Below are positions 34,154 through 45,813 of a stretch of DNA of 64,000 nucleotides, one piece after another. The notes beneath the pieces were generated by a model that worked only from the letters and a program-made list of their open reading frames with translations, was not told the origin of the DNA and did no database searches. The position numbers and the translations under genes were made by a program. Origin of the DNA: Nemertoderma westbladi (Eukaryota; Animalia; Xenacoelomorpha); assembly GCA_032718475.1 (NCBI GenBank), contig JAUCBJ010008544.1:6248-70247 (forward strand), read 5' to 3'. How positions within the stretch are numbered: position 1 is the first letter of the stretch; each line of letters starts with the position of its first letter.

Positions 34154-34889
34154 ATGTGGGACCTTTGTTGGCCGCCACATAGACCTACTGTATTTTAGTT
34201 ATTTGTATTTGTATTACTGTACGTGCATTTGTAATCCTCTTCACTGTAGATAGAGACAGCGGTGGAATTCCATTGTCTTTATACGTGAACATGGAGGGTA
34301 GTACCCTTATGTATCACATAGGAGCGGGATTGTGTGTACAGTAGGAATGGAATTCCACTTGGAACCCACAAGTGAGACAATTTTCAAAAATTATTAGACA
34401 AATCCATTTAGTTGGATTTAAATTTAAGAAAAACGATTCTCCAGTGAAAGCAAATTCTAGAATACAGCTAGATAAAATTAAAATTGGGGAGGACAAGAGC
34501 GGATGGAAGGCTTGCGAGCCTACCGATAAATTTTTTTTGGAAAAAGAAAATCGGTCTTGTTCTACGTAGTCGTGTCTACTATTATTTAGACCGAATTAAT
34601 TCTCGACTGCACTATTTTTCTTGGGAAATGTAGCTTGGGAAATTAAAAGGTGAGTATTTTAGACTCGCGGCTAGTTTACCCGGAATTCGTTTTTTATCGG
34701 CACAATTTTTTGGATTAGGGGCCAGTGCGAAATCACGCGAACCCGAAGTCATTAGGCAAAATGGGTTGGGGTTTAGAGCAGAGTTGAGCCAAAAGCCAAC
34801 AAACTCTGGAGTCACCTCACATCTAACCTCTATTTTGTGCTTCATCTAGTAGAAACGTAACGATATGTAACCGCATATATTCGTATACA

Positions 34890-37649
34890 ATGGTGGAGAA
34901 GATGTATAAAGAGTTACGTCAAGGGTTTACGCAAGAACAGGAGCACCAGGCACCATTCAATCGTTATGGAGCTAAAAACTTTAGTGTGTTTGGAGTGGAG
35001 AGTATGGCTAGGAGTACGGCCAAGCTCGCTAAATCCAAGGCGGACCCGAATGTTACGCGACAGCGGTTGGACGCATACAACAAAAGAACGGAGGAATTAC
35101 GCGCGGAATACAATGCGTTATATCCCTACGATGCGTTATGCGACGCTAGCGACATTTGCGAGGATCCAGACACCGAAATACGCCGATTGTATCATACGCT
35201 GCAATATTTGACGGTAAACGAACCTTTACCTGCAGCTAGAGACGAATTTGAAGGAATGCATCTTTATAGACGCGCTCGAGGAGCGGATCCAGAGACCAAG
35301 GACGCGTTTTCCGTATACAAACTGTTTTATAAATGTGGAGCGTGTATGCGCGAGCAAGACAACGCGATTCCTATGCGGTTGAACTCGGAGAACCCCGAGC
35401 CGATATTAGCGCGATGTTCACACCACCAAAGTCTACGTTACCAAGAAGGCGGATACCCTTTGACAAATCCGTATCATTCATTTAAGATGAGTGGACCGAA
35501 CGCGGGTGAGATCGTTATTTACGAACCTAAATTAGTCGAACCAGACGTCTACAGCATGGTAGTGGACGAGTCTAACAAGTCGACACAAGAGAAACGGGAA
35601 GCTTTGAGCCTCTACAGGGCGTACAAGGCGTACGAGAAAGGCGAGATCGAGGAGTTCGGCGGAAGGCTCAAAGGATACTTTAGAGAGTATAACACGCTAA
35701 AAACTGGGACGGGTTATATCTCATATCTGATGTTCAGTTGGGATTACAAGGAGAGTAAGAGGAACAAATACACGGACGTATACGGAGAGGGAGATACCCC
35801 CGGCGTAAACGAGTTCGAGTCACAGTTGAAGTGGCGAGGTTGCGTGTATTGGGCGATTACTTCACCTCCGCGGATAATCTTGCAATACTATTTAGCGATA
35901 GAATCTTCGGTTAACGTTTGTTTCATCGCGGACGTAGTATCCAGAACCTTAAAGCGACACCCGTTATGTCTTGGCGAAGGACATACCTTTTACGATGGAG
36001 GAAGGACGCATACTGATGTATTCCGACGATTTCTCCAACCCTTTTATAACACCGATGCGCACTGCGAAGTTTTCACGCGAGCGGGACTTAGCGTTTTCAG
36101 GGACGTCTATCTCACTCACGCGGGAAGTCTAGTCGACAGACCGTCGATGTTAACGTTAGTACCCTATGACGGGGAACGCCACGCGGAATTCGAACGCCCG
36201 GAAGGATCCTGGAAGGCTCGCGAGCCTACCGCCCATCATGACGATGTGGATCCGACCGAGTTGGCGCTAATAGACGAACCGTTACGGCAACTCATAGAAA
36301 TAGAAGAGAACCTTCCAAGGAAGACGCGAACTGAGATACGCGAGTTAGAGAAAAGCGATGCCATGGTTTGTGTACAACCTACGGAGACGAACATACCGAC
36401 TGACCCGGATGATGAGAATTATCACGTGGACGGTAGCGCTCGCCCCATCGGAGACCTCATCTATGAGCGAGTTTGGTATCCTGCCAACACTATTTGTGGC
36501 AGATGTGGAGCAACTGGCCATCACGCAAAGAAGTGCGGAGCGAAGCACATATCTCTACCGGATTTAGTATGCAACTGGTGCGGGGATCAACGTTCGCACA
36601 CTTTCTACACTTGCTGGCGTTTCGTGGCGCAGTGTACTTATTGTAATATTAAGGGCCATAGGGCATCTGAATGTCAACTTAGAGACGTCCCCTATGAGCA
36701 CATGTCAGTTAAAATCGTTCGACAATTATTCGACCATTGGGAGGATCTAGCAGACGAGCATGTATCGACGCAGCGACGCCGCTTCCCTATGAGAGCACAT
36801 TTGGGATTTTGGGCCGTAAACCCTCTCATAATGTCAAAGGAAGGATATGTATCGGCTATGCCTCAGTACGATGAATTGTTGGAGGTATTGGATATATTGC
36901 CGTTGGACAGTGGATTCAAAGTTGTGCGGGACTATTTCTTACAAGTGCACCCGGACAACAAGAATACTTGGAACTTTCAAACTGTGGTGAACAAGATTAC
37001 CGCCGGAGAATTCGATAAACTGCGAGTTGAACAGCGGAATCGAGGAGCCTGGCATTCGATAGCTTGGGCATACCGGAGCGCATTTTATCACAAACGCGTA
37101 ACCTCGTGCATTCTGGACGAGACCGACGTTTTGCGTGAGACTGGCTTCAAGGCCACGCCGTTAGCGGAGAAGACGCGTCACCCACAGGATGATCAGCAAT
37201 TTCGTATACTCAAAGCCCAGAAGGCCGGACAAGAGATTAAGAAGATAGTGAATGTCGCCGAGAGGACGACATCGAAGTCGCAAATCCGGATGACTCGGGG
37301 CACGGTTTCCCTTGCTAGAGAACCACGCGGAGGGACAGGATACGCTTTGACTGAACCCATTAGGATTCAAACGACGTCAGAGAGCGAGGTGTCAACGGAC
37401 GGAACAGTCCTACCCTTTCGACTTCCTCCTAGCGTTGTAGAAACTCGATCCGATGTTAAGTCGACAGTTGGAATCGGACGAGGATTTAGAGGATTGAGCG
37501 CACGACGGATGTGCGAAACTCCCGTCGTCCCCTTTCCTAGCGTTTTGGAACCACCGACGACTCGACGCCGAAGTCCGAGCCCAGTTCGACCTCGACCACC
37601 CCCCAATCGCACTAGAGGACGTGGACGAGCCCGCTCAGCGAAGGAATAG
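34890..37649 (+). CDS. Additional 919-aa ORF of the inner element; unknown protein with three CCHC-type zinc knuckles and a basic R/P/S-rich tail
   Basis: CGRCGATGHHAKKC, CNWCGDQRSHTFYTC, CTYCNIKGHRASEC; no evident signal peptide or transmembrane segment. Confidence 0.85.
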   Translation: MVEKMYKELRQGFTQEQEHQAPFNRYGAKNFSVFGVESMARSTAKLAKSKADPNVTRQRLDAYNKRTEELRAEYNALYPYDALCDASDICEDPDTEIRRLYHTLQYLTVNEPLPAARDEFEGMHLYRRARGADPETKDAFSVYKLFYKCGACMREQDNAIPMRLNSENPEPILARCSHHQSLRYQEGGYPLTNPYHSFKMSGPNAGEIVIYEPKLVEPDVYSMVVDESNKSTQEKREALSLYRAYKAYEKGEIEEFGGRLKGYFREYNTLKTGTGYISYLMFSWDYKESKRNKYTDVYGEGDTPGVNEFESQLKWRGCVYWAITSPPRIILQYYLAIESSVNVCFIADVVSRTLKRHPLCLGEGHTFYDGGRTHTDVFRRFLQPFYNTDAHCEVFTRAGLSVFRDVYLTHAGSLVDRPSMLTLVPYDGERHAEFERPEGSWKAREPTAHHDDVDPTELALIDEPLRQLIEIEENLPRKTRTEIRELEKSDAMVCVQPTETNIPTDPDDENYHVDGSARPIGDLIYERVWYPANTICGRCGATGHHAKKCGAKHISLPDLVCNWCGDQRSHTFYTCWRFVAQCTYCNIKGHRASECQLRDVPYEHMSVKIVRQLFDHWEDLADEHVSTQRRRFPMRAHLGFWAVNPLIMSKEGYVSAMPQYDELLEVLDILPLDSGFKVVRDYFLQVHPDNKNTWNFQTVVNKITAGEFDKLRVEQRNRGAWHSIAWAYRSAFYHKRVTSCILDETDVLRETGFKATPLAEKTRHPQDDQQFRILKAQKAGQEIKKIVNVAERTTSKSQIRMTRGTVSLAREPRGGTGYALTEPIRIQTTSESEVSTDGTVLPFRLPPSVVETRSDVKSTVGIGRGFRGLSARRMCETPVVPFPSVLEPPTTRRRSPSPVRPRPPPNRTRGRGRARSAKE

Positions 37650-37683
37650 GAAGCGAGTGGAAGGAAGGCTTGCGAGCCTACCG

Positions 37684-37756
37684 ATTTGGATATTATATTT
37701 GGATATTATATTTGGATATTATATTTGGATATTTTATTTGGATATTTATATTGGAC
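37684..37756. repeat. 13-bp tandem repeat (ATTTGGATATTAT) x5
   Basis: Seen directly. Confidence 0.85.
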
Positions 37757-39460
37757 ATACCTAAAGAGGTGAGGTCTCTATAGGGGTGTGTCCAACAGGC
37801 GGCGGCGGACTCGTGAGGGTCTGGGGGCACGTTAAATCAATATATAGTGCTAGGGAGTCACTGAAGGCCCTCGTGTCTAGCGAACCATGAATCGACATGG
37901 TGCCGTGGTTCCGTCTAGTCGGCCTGTTGCCGTACTGCCAGTCCTGTACACAGTAGGGGTGGTGGCATGGCGTGATTTGTGGTTCATGTGGCGTGAACTA
38001 TGTTTTGTATGTGGGCGATCAGTGGCAGTTTGCTTGGGGCTTGGATGGGTTCCTTTGGCCATCAGCTGTTCCGTTTTTTTGATACTATATGTTATTGTCT
38101 CCATGTTCAGCTGATTGGTCTTTGGGATTTGTTCGGGTCTTTGAGCTTTCTGTTGCTGTGGGTACGTGAGTACATGTGATTGTATGTGTGGCCACTGCGA
38201 GTGAGTATGGGAACCCTTGCCAGTTGGTCCAGATGCCGCTGGTATTAGTAGGACCATATCTCTACTGCGCCTCAGCATACTTTGTGCACACAAAGTTATT
38301 TTGCCCTGTCGGCAAAATAAGGTACTCTCGATTAGCCTGTTAGTCGATACAATTTGTCCCCTCTGATTTGACCCCGATTTTGTCTTTACCGATTTTGTCT
38401 CTGTGTGTGCATGGTATGTGTTCGATTTGTGCTTACCGTTGTGTACTTGATTTCGTGAACATCTGTTGAGTACACGTGTACAGTGACTGGTAAGTGGTTA
38501 CTTGTTCAGTAGCTTTTGAGCTACAGACAGTATTGTCTTTTCAATACTGCCGGCGAGGCAGGTGAAAACGTGTCAAAATTCCATGTTGGGTAGCGCAAGC
38601 CCATGTGGGACAAGACCGTCGGTTAGGCCCAAGGGCGACCTTGGTGCTCGATCGCTATCGACTGGTCCACCTGCCGGTTGACTCTTTGTTATACTTTGAG
38701 TTGGCTCAATGTACAGTCAGGCCACAGTAAGTTGACAGTAGCCGCCCATCTGGCTACACGTTCGACGAGCTGTGCCGGTGTGATCGGGGGACCGAAAACA
38801 GAACCCGGGAAGCATCGGACCACCCTCCGGCCCAGTCTGATAATAACAAGCAGTCAGACTGGCCCCAGGGGTGGTGGAAAGGTGTCCGCCTTGTGGGTGC
38901 GCCTCCGGGAGGAGCCCAGAAGGACACAAGCGTATGTTTGAATGTTGGGTTTGGAGGAGCGAGATATGGAAGGAAGGCTTGCGAGCCTACCGTTAGCAAT
39001 TAGTGCTCAGGAGAAGATATCCAGACCAGCAGGACGAACTTTTTAGATCGTCAGGAGGACTCATTTGAAAGTTATTAGCGCATTATGTTTATATTATATT
39101 TGGACAGATTTAATTTGGTGAAGGTTTATTATGTATATTTACAATATATAAAGATTTATCGAAAGAGTTTGATTTATTTGTTCGATTTGTTTTGATTTAT
39201 TTGTTCTGATTTGTTTAATTTGTTTACCTTGATAACCGAAAGCCTTTTTTTGTATTTTAGGCACTAAAGTTAATTCGTAAATTTGTATTTGTATGTACGA
39301 TCGATTGTATTTACGCCGTATCTGCAATATTAAGTATGCAATAATTAGATAGTGATTATATTTTATATTTTAGGCCCTACCAGTAAATTTAGAAATAGTT
39401 TGTAGATATTTTATATTTTGATTGGTGAAAACAGTCTTACTTACTGTTTTCATGGAGCGG

Positions 39461-41723
39461 TGATGAATTATTTCACTATAAGGTAGCATTTGTAGTTTAA
39501 CTTTAACGTAAAAACTTTTGAAAATCCGACGTATTTTGATTAAGTTACAGTAATGTAATATGCCTATTCATATTTGTACACATAAAACCCTTAGGTACTC
39601 TCGTGGCGTAGTGGTCAGATGGTTAAGGCGTTGGTTACATTACGTAGGTTACGAGTTCGAATCCCAGTCGGGAAATTTGTATTTTGGGGCCATTTATTTT
39701 CGTGTGGTGCTAATTGGTAGGCCAATGAGAAGCGTACAGCGTAGCGAATGATGAGCCAGGCCAATCATAGGGCATAAATTATCTTATTGCTCAAATGTGA
39801 GGCAGTGGAAAATTCTGTTAGGATTCCATGTCCCAGATTAGTGTAAGGGCCGGACTGCGTTGAACGATGAGCTGGGCCAATCATAGAGCACGAAGCACTT
39901 CATTGCTCAATGGTGAAGCTGTGGAAAATTCTGTTTAGTTTCCATGTGCAATTTCTAGTATAAAAGGCCGGTTTGCCTTCGGTTATCACCTTCTCTGTTA
40001 ATCATCCTGATTATCGTTTATTCTTGTAAAATTAGTTAATTCGGTTTCTTGTTGAAACTTTATTTGATAAATCCTTTTGTAAAACTGTAAATATACTGCA
40101 ATTTCCTGACATGTTTTCTTTTGGTCCGACTTCGGGACAGCCGAACACCAGGGAGATGGCAGCCTAGATCGTTAGGCCGTAAGCAACGCAGGGAAGGGAT
40201 GTCCACAACACGCTAGCGCCCACATTGGATCGACCGCGCACCCCCTTTGCCCCTTCGAAATGCTCAACTTGCTATGCAGCGCCCGCTTTGTGAGAAGGTA
40301 AGACTTTGTTCGACGCCCTTGCCCGCCGTAAGACCTATAGATCAGGGTAAGCGTGACACCGTACTGGACGCCGCAAATTTAGGATCAAATAATTATATCC
40401 AGACACCCCCCCCCCTTTGTCAAGTCCTACGAATCCCTGGGTTAACCTGTACTTCCTACAGGTGCGAACTATTGCCATTCGTCAGTACGCGAGTACATAT
40501 TAGGTACGGACAGCATACGTTCCATAATTTAGTGATTCATAGCACTGACTGTTTGGTACCGGTTCGCTTTGTAGAACGTACATTAGTACCCCCCCCCCCC
40601 CCTGTCTGGAGTTAGCTATTTGATCAGGCAAGGAGCATTTCTGCTACCGGCACACTGCTTGGCCTAGGGAGGTTTATTAATATCCTACCGCGCCTTGCCA
40701 CGTACTGATAGGTATTGCTGCTAACTACCGCAGCAACAAAGTTCTAGAATTAAATTAGTATACCAGATCAGCTAACGTACGGTAGCGATTAACCCCTATT
40801 CTTATCTTACAACCAGAATCTGGTATTAGTGCCGATCACGGGTGTAGTTACTAACACTGTGGTTGCCCATTGGGTTGTGGATAGGAAGGAGAGAGCTTTG
40901 ACGTCATTCGTGAGTATAAAGTTCTACAAACGCGACTAGTTTATTTTAGTAGCTAGCGCACGGTATCATTTTAGTCAGAAAATCACTAAAACCTAGTAAA
41001 AGGAATTACACGAAATTGTTTTATTTGTAACACACCCACACACACACGCCCTAAAACATATCGCCCTTAAAGTTCTACTAGCTATAGCGTACTATACATT
41101 ACTTTAGGTGGAAATTATCTGTATTTGTAAAATTAGGATCTGATTTAGTTGCGGCAAGATAAGGAGTATTTCACTTTCGTTATTAAACTGTTGTTTGTCT
41201 GGACAACGGTATTGTTACATTTAGGCCTGACCTTTTAGACTGATTTCGTACAGGGGGATCAGTTATTGTTACATTTAGGCACGACCTTTAGGCTGATTTC
41301 GACAGGGATGATCAGCATTGTTACACTAGGTCTGTTAACCACCTAGTTCGTATATAACCCATATAAATCACACCGCGGCAAGTTACTGTATTTAGGACTG
41401 TCAGTGATAGTTAGGATTCGCTGCGCGGGGATTGTTTTCCCGTGAGTTTGGTCTGTTACTGTAACTGTACATCTGCCTCACCGGTTAGAGGACAGGTATC
41501 CTTCTGTCTAGTACGTAGGCATTAGACCCGCTCACGTACATAGAATAGATACAAGGCTCTGTTCCTCGCCAGTAGTCGTTTGTGTACTATATCTGTTTGT
41601 TTAGATATCCTGGACTGGGATTTGTTGTCAGATACTGTACAAGCCCGTATACATTACTAGAGTCTCATAGTAAGATACATCGTTACTAGGATCTGGTAAG
41701 CGGTATACTACTGGACCCTTACA
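39461..41723 (+). repeat. 3' LTR of the inner element (2263 bp)
   Basis: Preceded by a short purine-rich GGAGCGG and the hairpin TGAAAACAGT / ACTGTTTTCA (39426-39452). Confidence 0.97.
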
Positions 41724-41728
41724 GAAGG

Positions 41729-44397
41729 CGTGCCTCCCGTTTCTGAATCTGAGTAGGACCTCGCTCCCTGAGTTGTAGATATTGGGACCCTCTAGCAGAT
41801 AATCGTTTAGGCATTTGCCATTGGTCTTAGCCGATGCGTCAACTACCATCCGCAGTTTACCTTTCTTCGGGTCTAGAGCCACGTGAAGTGGTAGGTTATA
41901 GGTCCTGTCCGTGTTCAGTTCGTCGACCGGTAACTCCACGGCCCATCCTTTCTCGACGTACTTCCTTATTGTCTTATGGATGTACTCATCCTTTTCGGGG
42001 CTCCGTTTCAGCGTTTGCTTCAGTTTGCGAAGCCTCGTGAGTACCATCCTCTTGTTGTCAGGCAACGGTATCTTCGGCTGTTTCCATACCATGCCTATGG
42101 TGTACCGTCCCTCCTCACATCTCATGGACTCCTTCACACTTTGTATTGCCTGTTTATCTTCTACCGAGGTTCCGACCCCGGTCTCTTTCAATCCCTCAAA
42201 GTCCTGCCAAAGTAGTCTCCTGAGCTGCTCCTCCGCTCCTTCATCTTCCATCTCCCTCATAGTTCCCGCGAACATGCACCCTGATGTCTCCGACATCCTA
42301 AACGGAATCTTGGTCCTGATCGGGCTGCTTAGCGTCCACCCGAATGATGTTAAAATTGCCACCGGGTCACGCTATCCGTCTTTGCCGAAGACAGTCTGCA
42401 TTCTCTCGTGGGCCGTCGGGCAGTCCATTCCTACTATAATGGATACCTTCCTAACGTCCACCTCTGGTATTGAGAAATCGATACCATCCAGGAATCTATA
42501 TTGTTCGACTTCGATGTTGGTTGGTCGCCTGGCGTTGATATTTATCGACTCTATCACCTGGATGGGGTCGATGGTCGCCCCATAGTCGCATCCCGGTGCT
42601 ATCGCTGCTATCGCGCACACTATCTACTTGGCCTCGTCTTCAATCCTATCTCTTCGGCCACCCAATTCTCGACCAATGTGAAGGCTGCTCCACTGTCGAC
42701 CAGCATTAACGTGGTTACTGATCGATCGCCTTCTCCGATCACCCTCACTGGCACTACCCCGAGTAGCACCATTCCTCTCTTCTTCGCCCCTACAGTGCTT
42801 GTCGCCATTGTCTGGCCTTTGCCTTGACCAAACTTAACTGGTGTTTCTTTACACTCCTCAACCTTGTGTCCCCCTATCACACATCGGTGACAAATTCCAT
42901 TCTTATCCGCATAGGCTTTCCGGTCCTGTTCGGGTAACGCCTGCCAATGCTTACAGTACATGGTCTTATGGGTTCCGTCTTTATATAATTGACATTCATA
43001 TTCTGGGTTATAGCGTTCCCTATATAACCCTACACTTATTGCGCGTAGGTTTACATCTACCGGCTTAGTGTTTTGGTTATTTGGCCTACTGGGTGTGTTG
43101 GGGTTATATTTGTTCATGTTGTTATTTTTTCCCCGTTCGTGCCACAGTTTGGCCCCACTTCCGGCTATCTGTGGACTTGCAGTCCCCTGTGTCGCCGCGT
43201 ATGGTAGGGCTTGTCTTAATTTTGGAAACGCATTCGCCGCGTTATGCTCTATCCGTAATATGCTGTAACCGTACGGTTACACCAGTCTTGGGTCTGTCGT
43301 CCGGTCCCTGTAAGTGGGGTATCAACAAACGTTTCCATAACTTCTGGCTCCCCGTAAACACTACCCGAGCCAGCCTCACTCTCTGATAGCCCCAACTGCG
43401 CCAGTTCTAGTCGGCGCTTCTGTTTGGCCTGATATTGCATAAGCCCCCTTAGCCAGGCATGCATATCATCCCACACACGCTTTCCCGTTCTCTCTCTCTC
43501 TATCCTCTCGCAAACTCTGGTTCGCTAACTCTGTTTCTCTCGCCACCCGCTCTCTACGTTCATTTGTTTCTCTCGTTTCTCGCTCTTTGCACTCCTCTTT
43601 CTCCCTCTTGTGCTCCTCTTTCTCCCTCTCTTCTCGCTCCTTGCGCTCCTCTTTCTCCCTCTCTTCTCGCTCCTTGCGCTCCTCTTTCTCCCTCTCTTCT
43701 TGCTCCCTACAGTTCCTGGCCACCCTCTCGACTCTCTCTTTACACTCCCTCGCCAACTCTCTCTCTTTCTCTAGCAACGCAGCTCCCTCTTCCAACTACC
43801 TCTCTAACTCTTTCTGGTCTATTTCTAACACCCTTCTTACTTTTGCGGAGGATGTAGCGGACTTGTTGGTCGCGACGGACTCCCGTCGCCTCTCTGTCCT
43901 ACTAACTTTCCCCCGCTTTCTGGGGTCCTCGCTAACCGACGAGACCGAATCCTCGGGGTTAATCTCGGATTCGCCTTCGTGCGGGTCTGCCCAACCCACT
44001 AACTTAATTCCCCTAGCATCCACTAAATACGGCCCTATGTACACAACTTGGGGCTCCATAATCCCGGATCGCCACAGTTCAAATATTTCGGTGGCGACCC
44101 CCCTCGCTCTCTCACTGGCTAGTTCTCCCTGTCCGAAGCGAACTAGGTATGTAAAATGTTTATTCGACTCACCTAGTCGCCGACTCAACTTCCCTTGGTC
44201 TATCTTTACTCCTTCCCTGGCCTCCTTAAGTTGCTTCTTTGTTGCGTTGTAGGCTCATCGGAGCCGGTCACAGGTTCCGACGTCCTCGTCGCCGACCTCT
44301 CCTCCTCCCCTCCTGGTTCGGCGTCGTACCGGCGGCCCCACCTTCGCCGTTCCGGTGGGCCGTCCGTCGCCCTCGGCCTGTGGCTGGCCGGCGACAT
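41729..44397 (-). pseudogene. Outer BEL/Pao gag, protease and N-terminal RT (frameshifts, stops)
   Basis: E/R/K coiled-coil stretch, CHRCVIGGHKVEEC, LVDSGAAFTLV, FGWTLS, TYNLPLH, RMVVDAS, LNDYLLEGP, LLRFR. Confidence 0.88.
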
Positions 44398-45813
44398 CGG
44401 TACTACGAGCGCCGTTGTGCATCGACTCCTCCTCCTGTTGTGGTAGACGGCCGCCCTCCGCTTGGGCTACCGGATCGTTCCTTTCCGGCGAGTCCGGTGT
44501 TGCGGGTCGATACCGTCGCGGTGTAAAAGCTTTTGCGGATATAACCAGTCATTTTTCTCCGTAATGAACTGTTTAGTTGTTTTAGCGGACATAACAAGCC
44601 ATTTTCTGCCGCAATATGCCTAATACTCTAAAAGACTGGAACTCCGATGACGAAATCTGTCAGCTGGTTTACTGTACACGTGGAGCCTCTCTTTGTTCAG
44701 GCTCGGCCAATCAGAGCGATTTTCATTTAATCTTGCACAGAGGCCTACGGAAAACCGCGCAATGCATTACGGTCTTTGTTTACCTTTCTGAGCGAGAACA
44801 ACTGCTTGGAAATTCTTCTGTACTTCTGTGTTGGAAGTTTCAGACTTTGGCCAACATTAGACGGCTTTGATTATAAGAACGTAAATCTATTATCCTGTCA
44901 ACTTGTCAACTGGCTGACTGCACTGTGCAACTGTGCAACAAACCATAACAACTGCACCTGGCTGCAACTGCGGTACCGACATACTGACTTTCACCACATT
45001 ATTTTACTTCTGTTTACTGTCTGTTATTAATGGTTATATGTTGATGGATATGTTGTTATATTTGGAGAATATCGATAAATAATCATAAAACCCCTATCTT
45101 CTTGATTACTGAAGGTAAGAGGGACCTGTTACCAGTAGCAATTGCGACTTACATTACAGTGGTTTTAGTGTGCATTAAATGCTATTTCATAATCCCTACA
45201 TGTGTCAGTTGCTATCCTCCTTATATATGGTTAAATTCAGTGACGGTCGGCAGATCAGTGTGCAGCAGTGTGAAGTCGTATGCAGCAGTGTGACAGATAA
45301 TAAAGCATCTCCTAAGGAATGCGCTATTTACGAAAATCAGTAGCCATCTCGTTGTGTTTAGTATAAGTCATAACTCTGTTTTATACTTAAAGCGCCACGT
45401 CCTAAAGGAACTGTTGATATTTCCCCGAAAGTGAATAATATTGTCAGAGATTATAAAGTAACGATCAATCGAATAATACAGTAGGTCTGCAACGCAATAA
45501 CTTCGAAGCACCCGAATCCAGTCTCCCTTAACTGTGGGTGAATGATCGCGCATAGACTGACTTCGGCTAATGTTACTTCATGTGCATTAAATAATTGTTA
45601 TAGGCTAAAGTCGATTTATAAACAAGAAGACACCTAAAATTGGCAGGTTAAACTGCTAAAGGTCTGAAAGCGCGAACACGTGGATCGTTTCGTTCGTATC
45701 GTCCGGGGTCCGCGGCGGTGTCGTCTCTCCCTTTAGATTTCGGGCTTCGCTCATCCTTTAGTCTTTGATGGTGGCTGGCAGTCACAGCTTTAGCAGTTGT
45801 CTGATTTTCGTAC

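Larger units (their letters stand above)
22206..41723 (+). mobile_element. BEL/Pao LTR retrotransposon (inner, intact, 19.5 kb) nested in the RT of the outer element
   Basis: LTRs at 22206-24466 and 39461-41723 (TG...CA), TSD GAAGG (22201-22205, 41724-41728). Removing it restores the outer RT sequence RHAF|TCDIEG. Confidence 0.97.

Noticed and set aside
34890-37649. env gene call
   Set aside because: No signal peptide or transmembrane anchor is visible, and zinc knuckles indicate a soluble nucleic-acid-binding protein.
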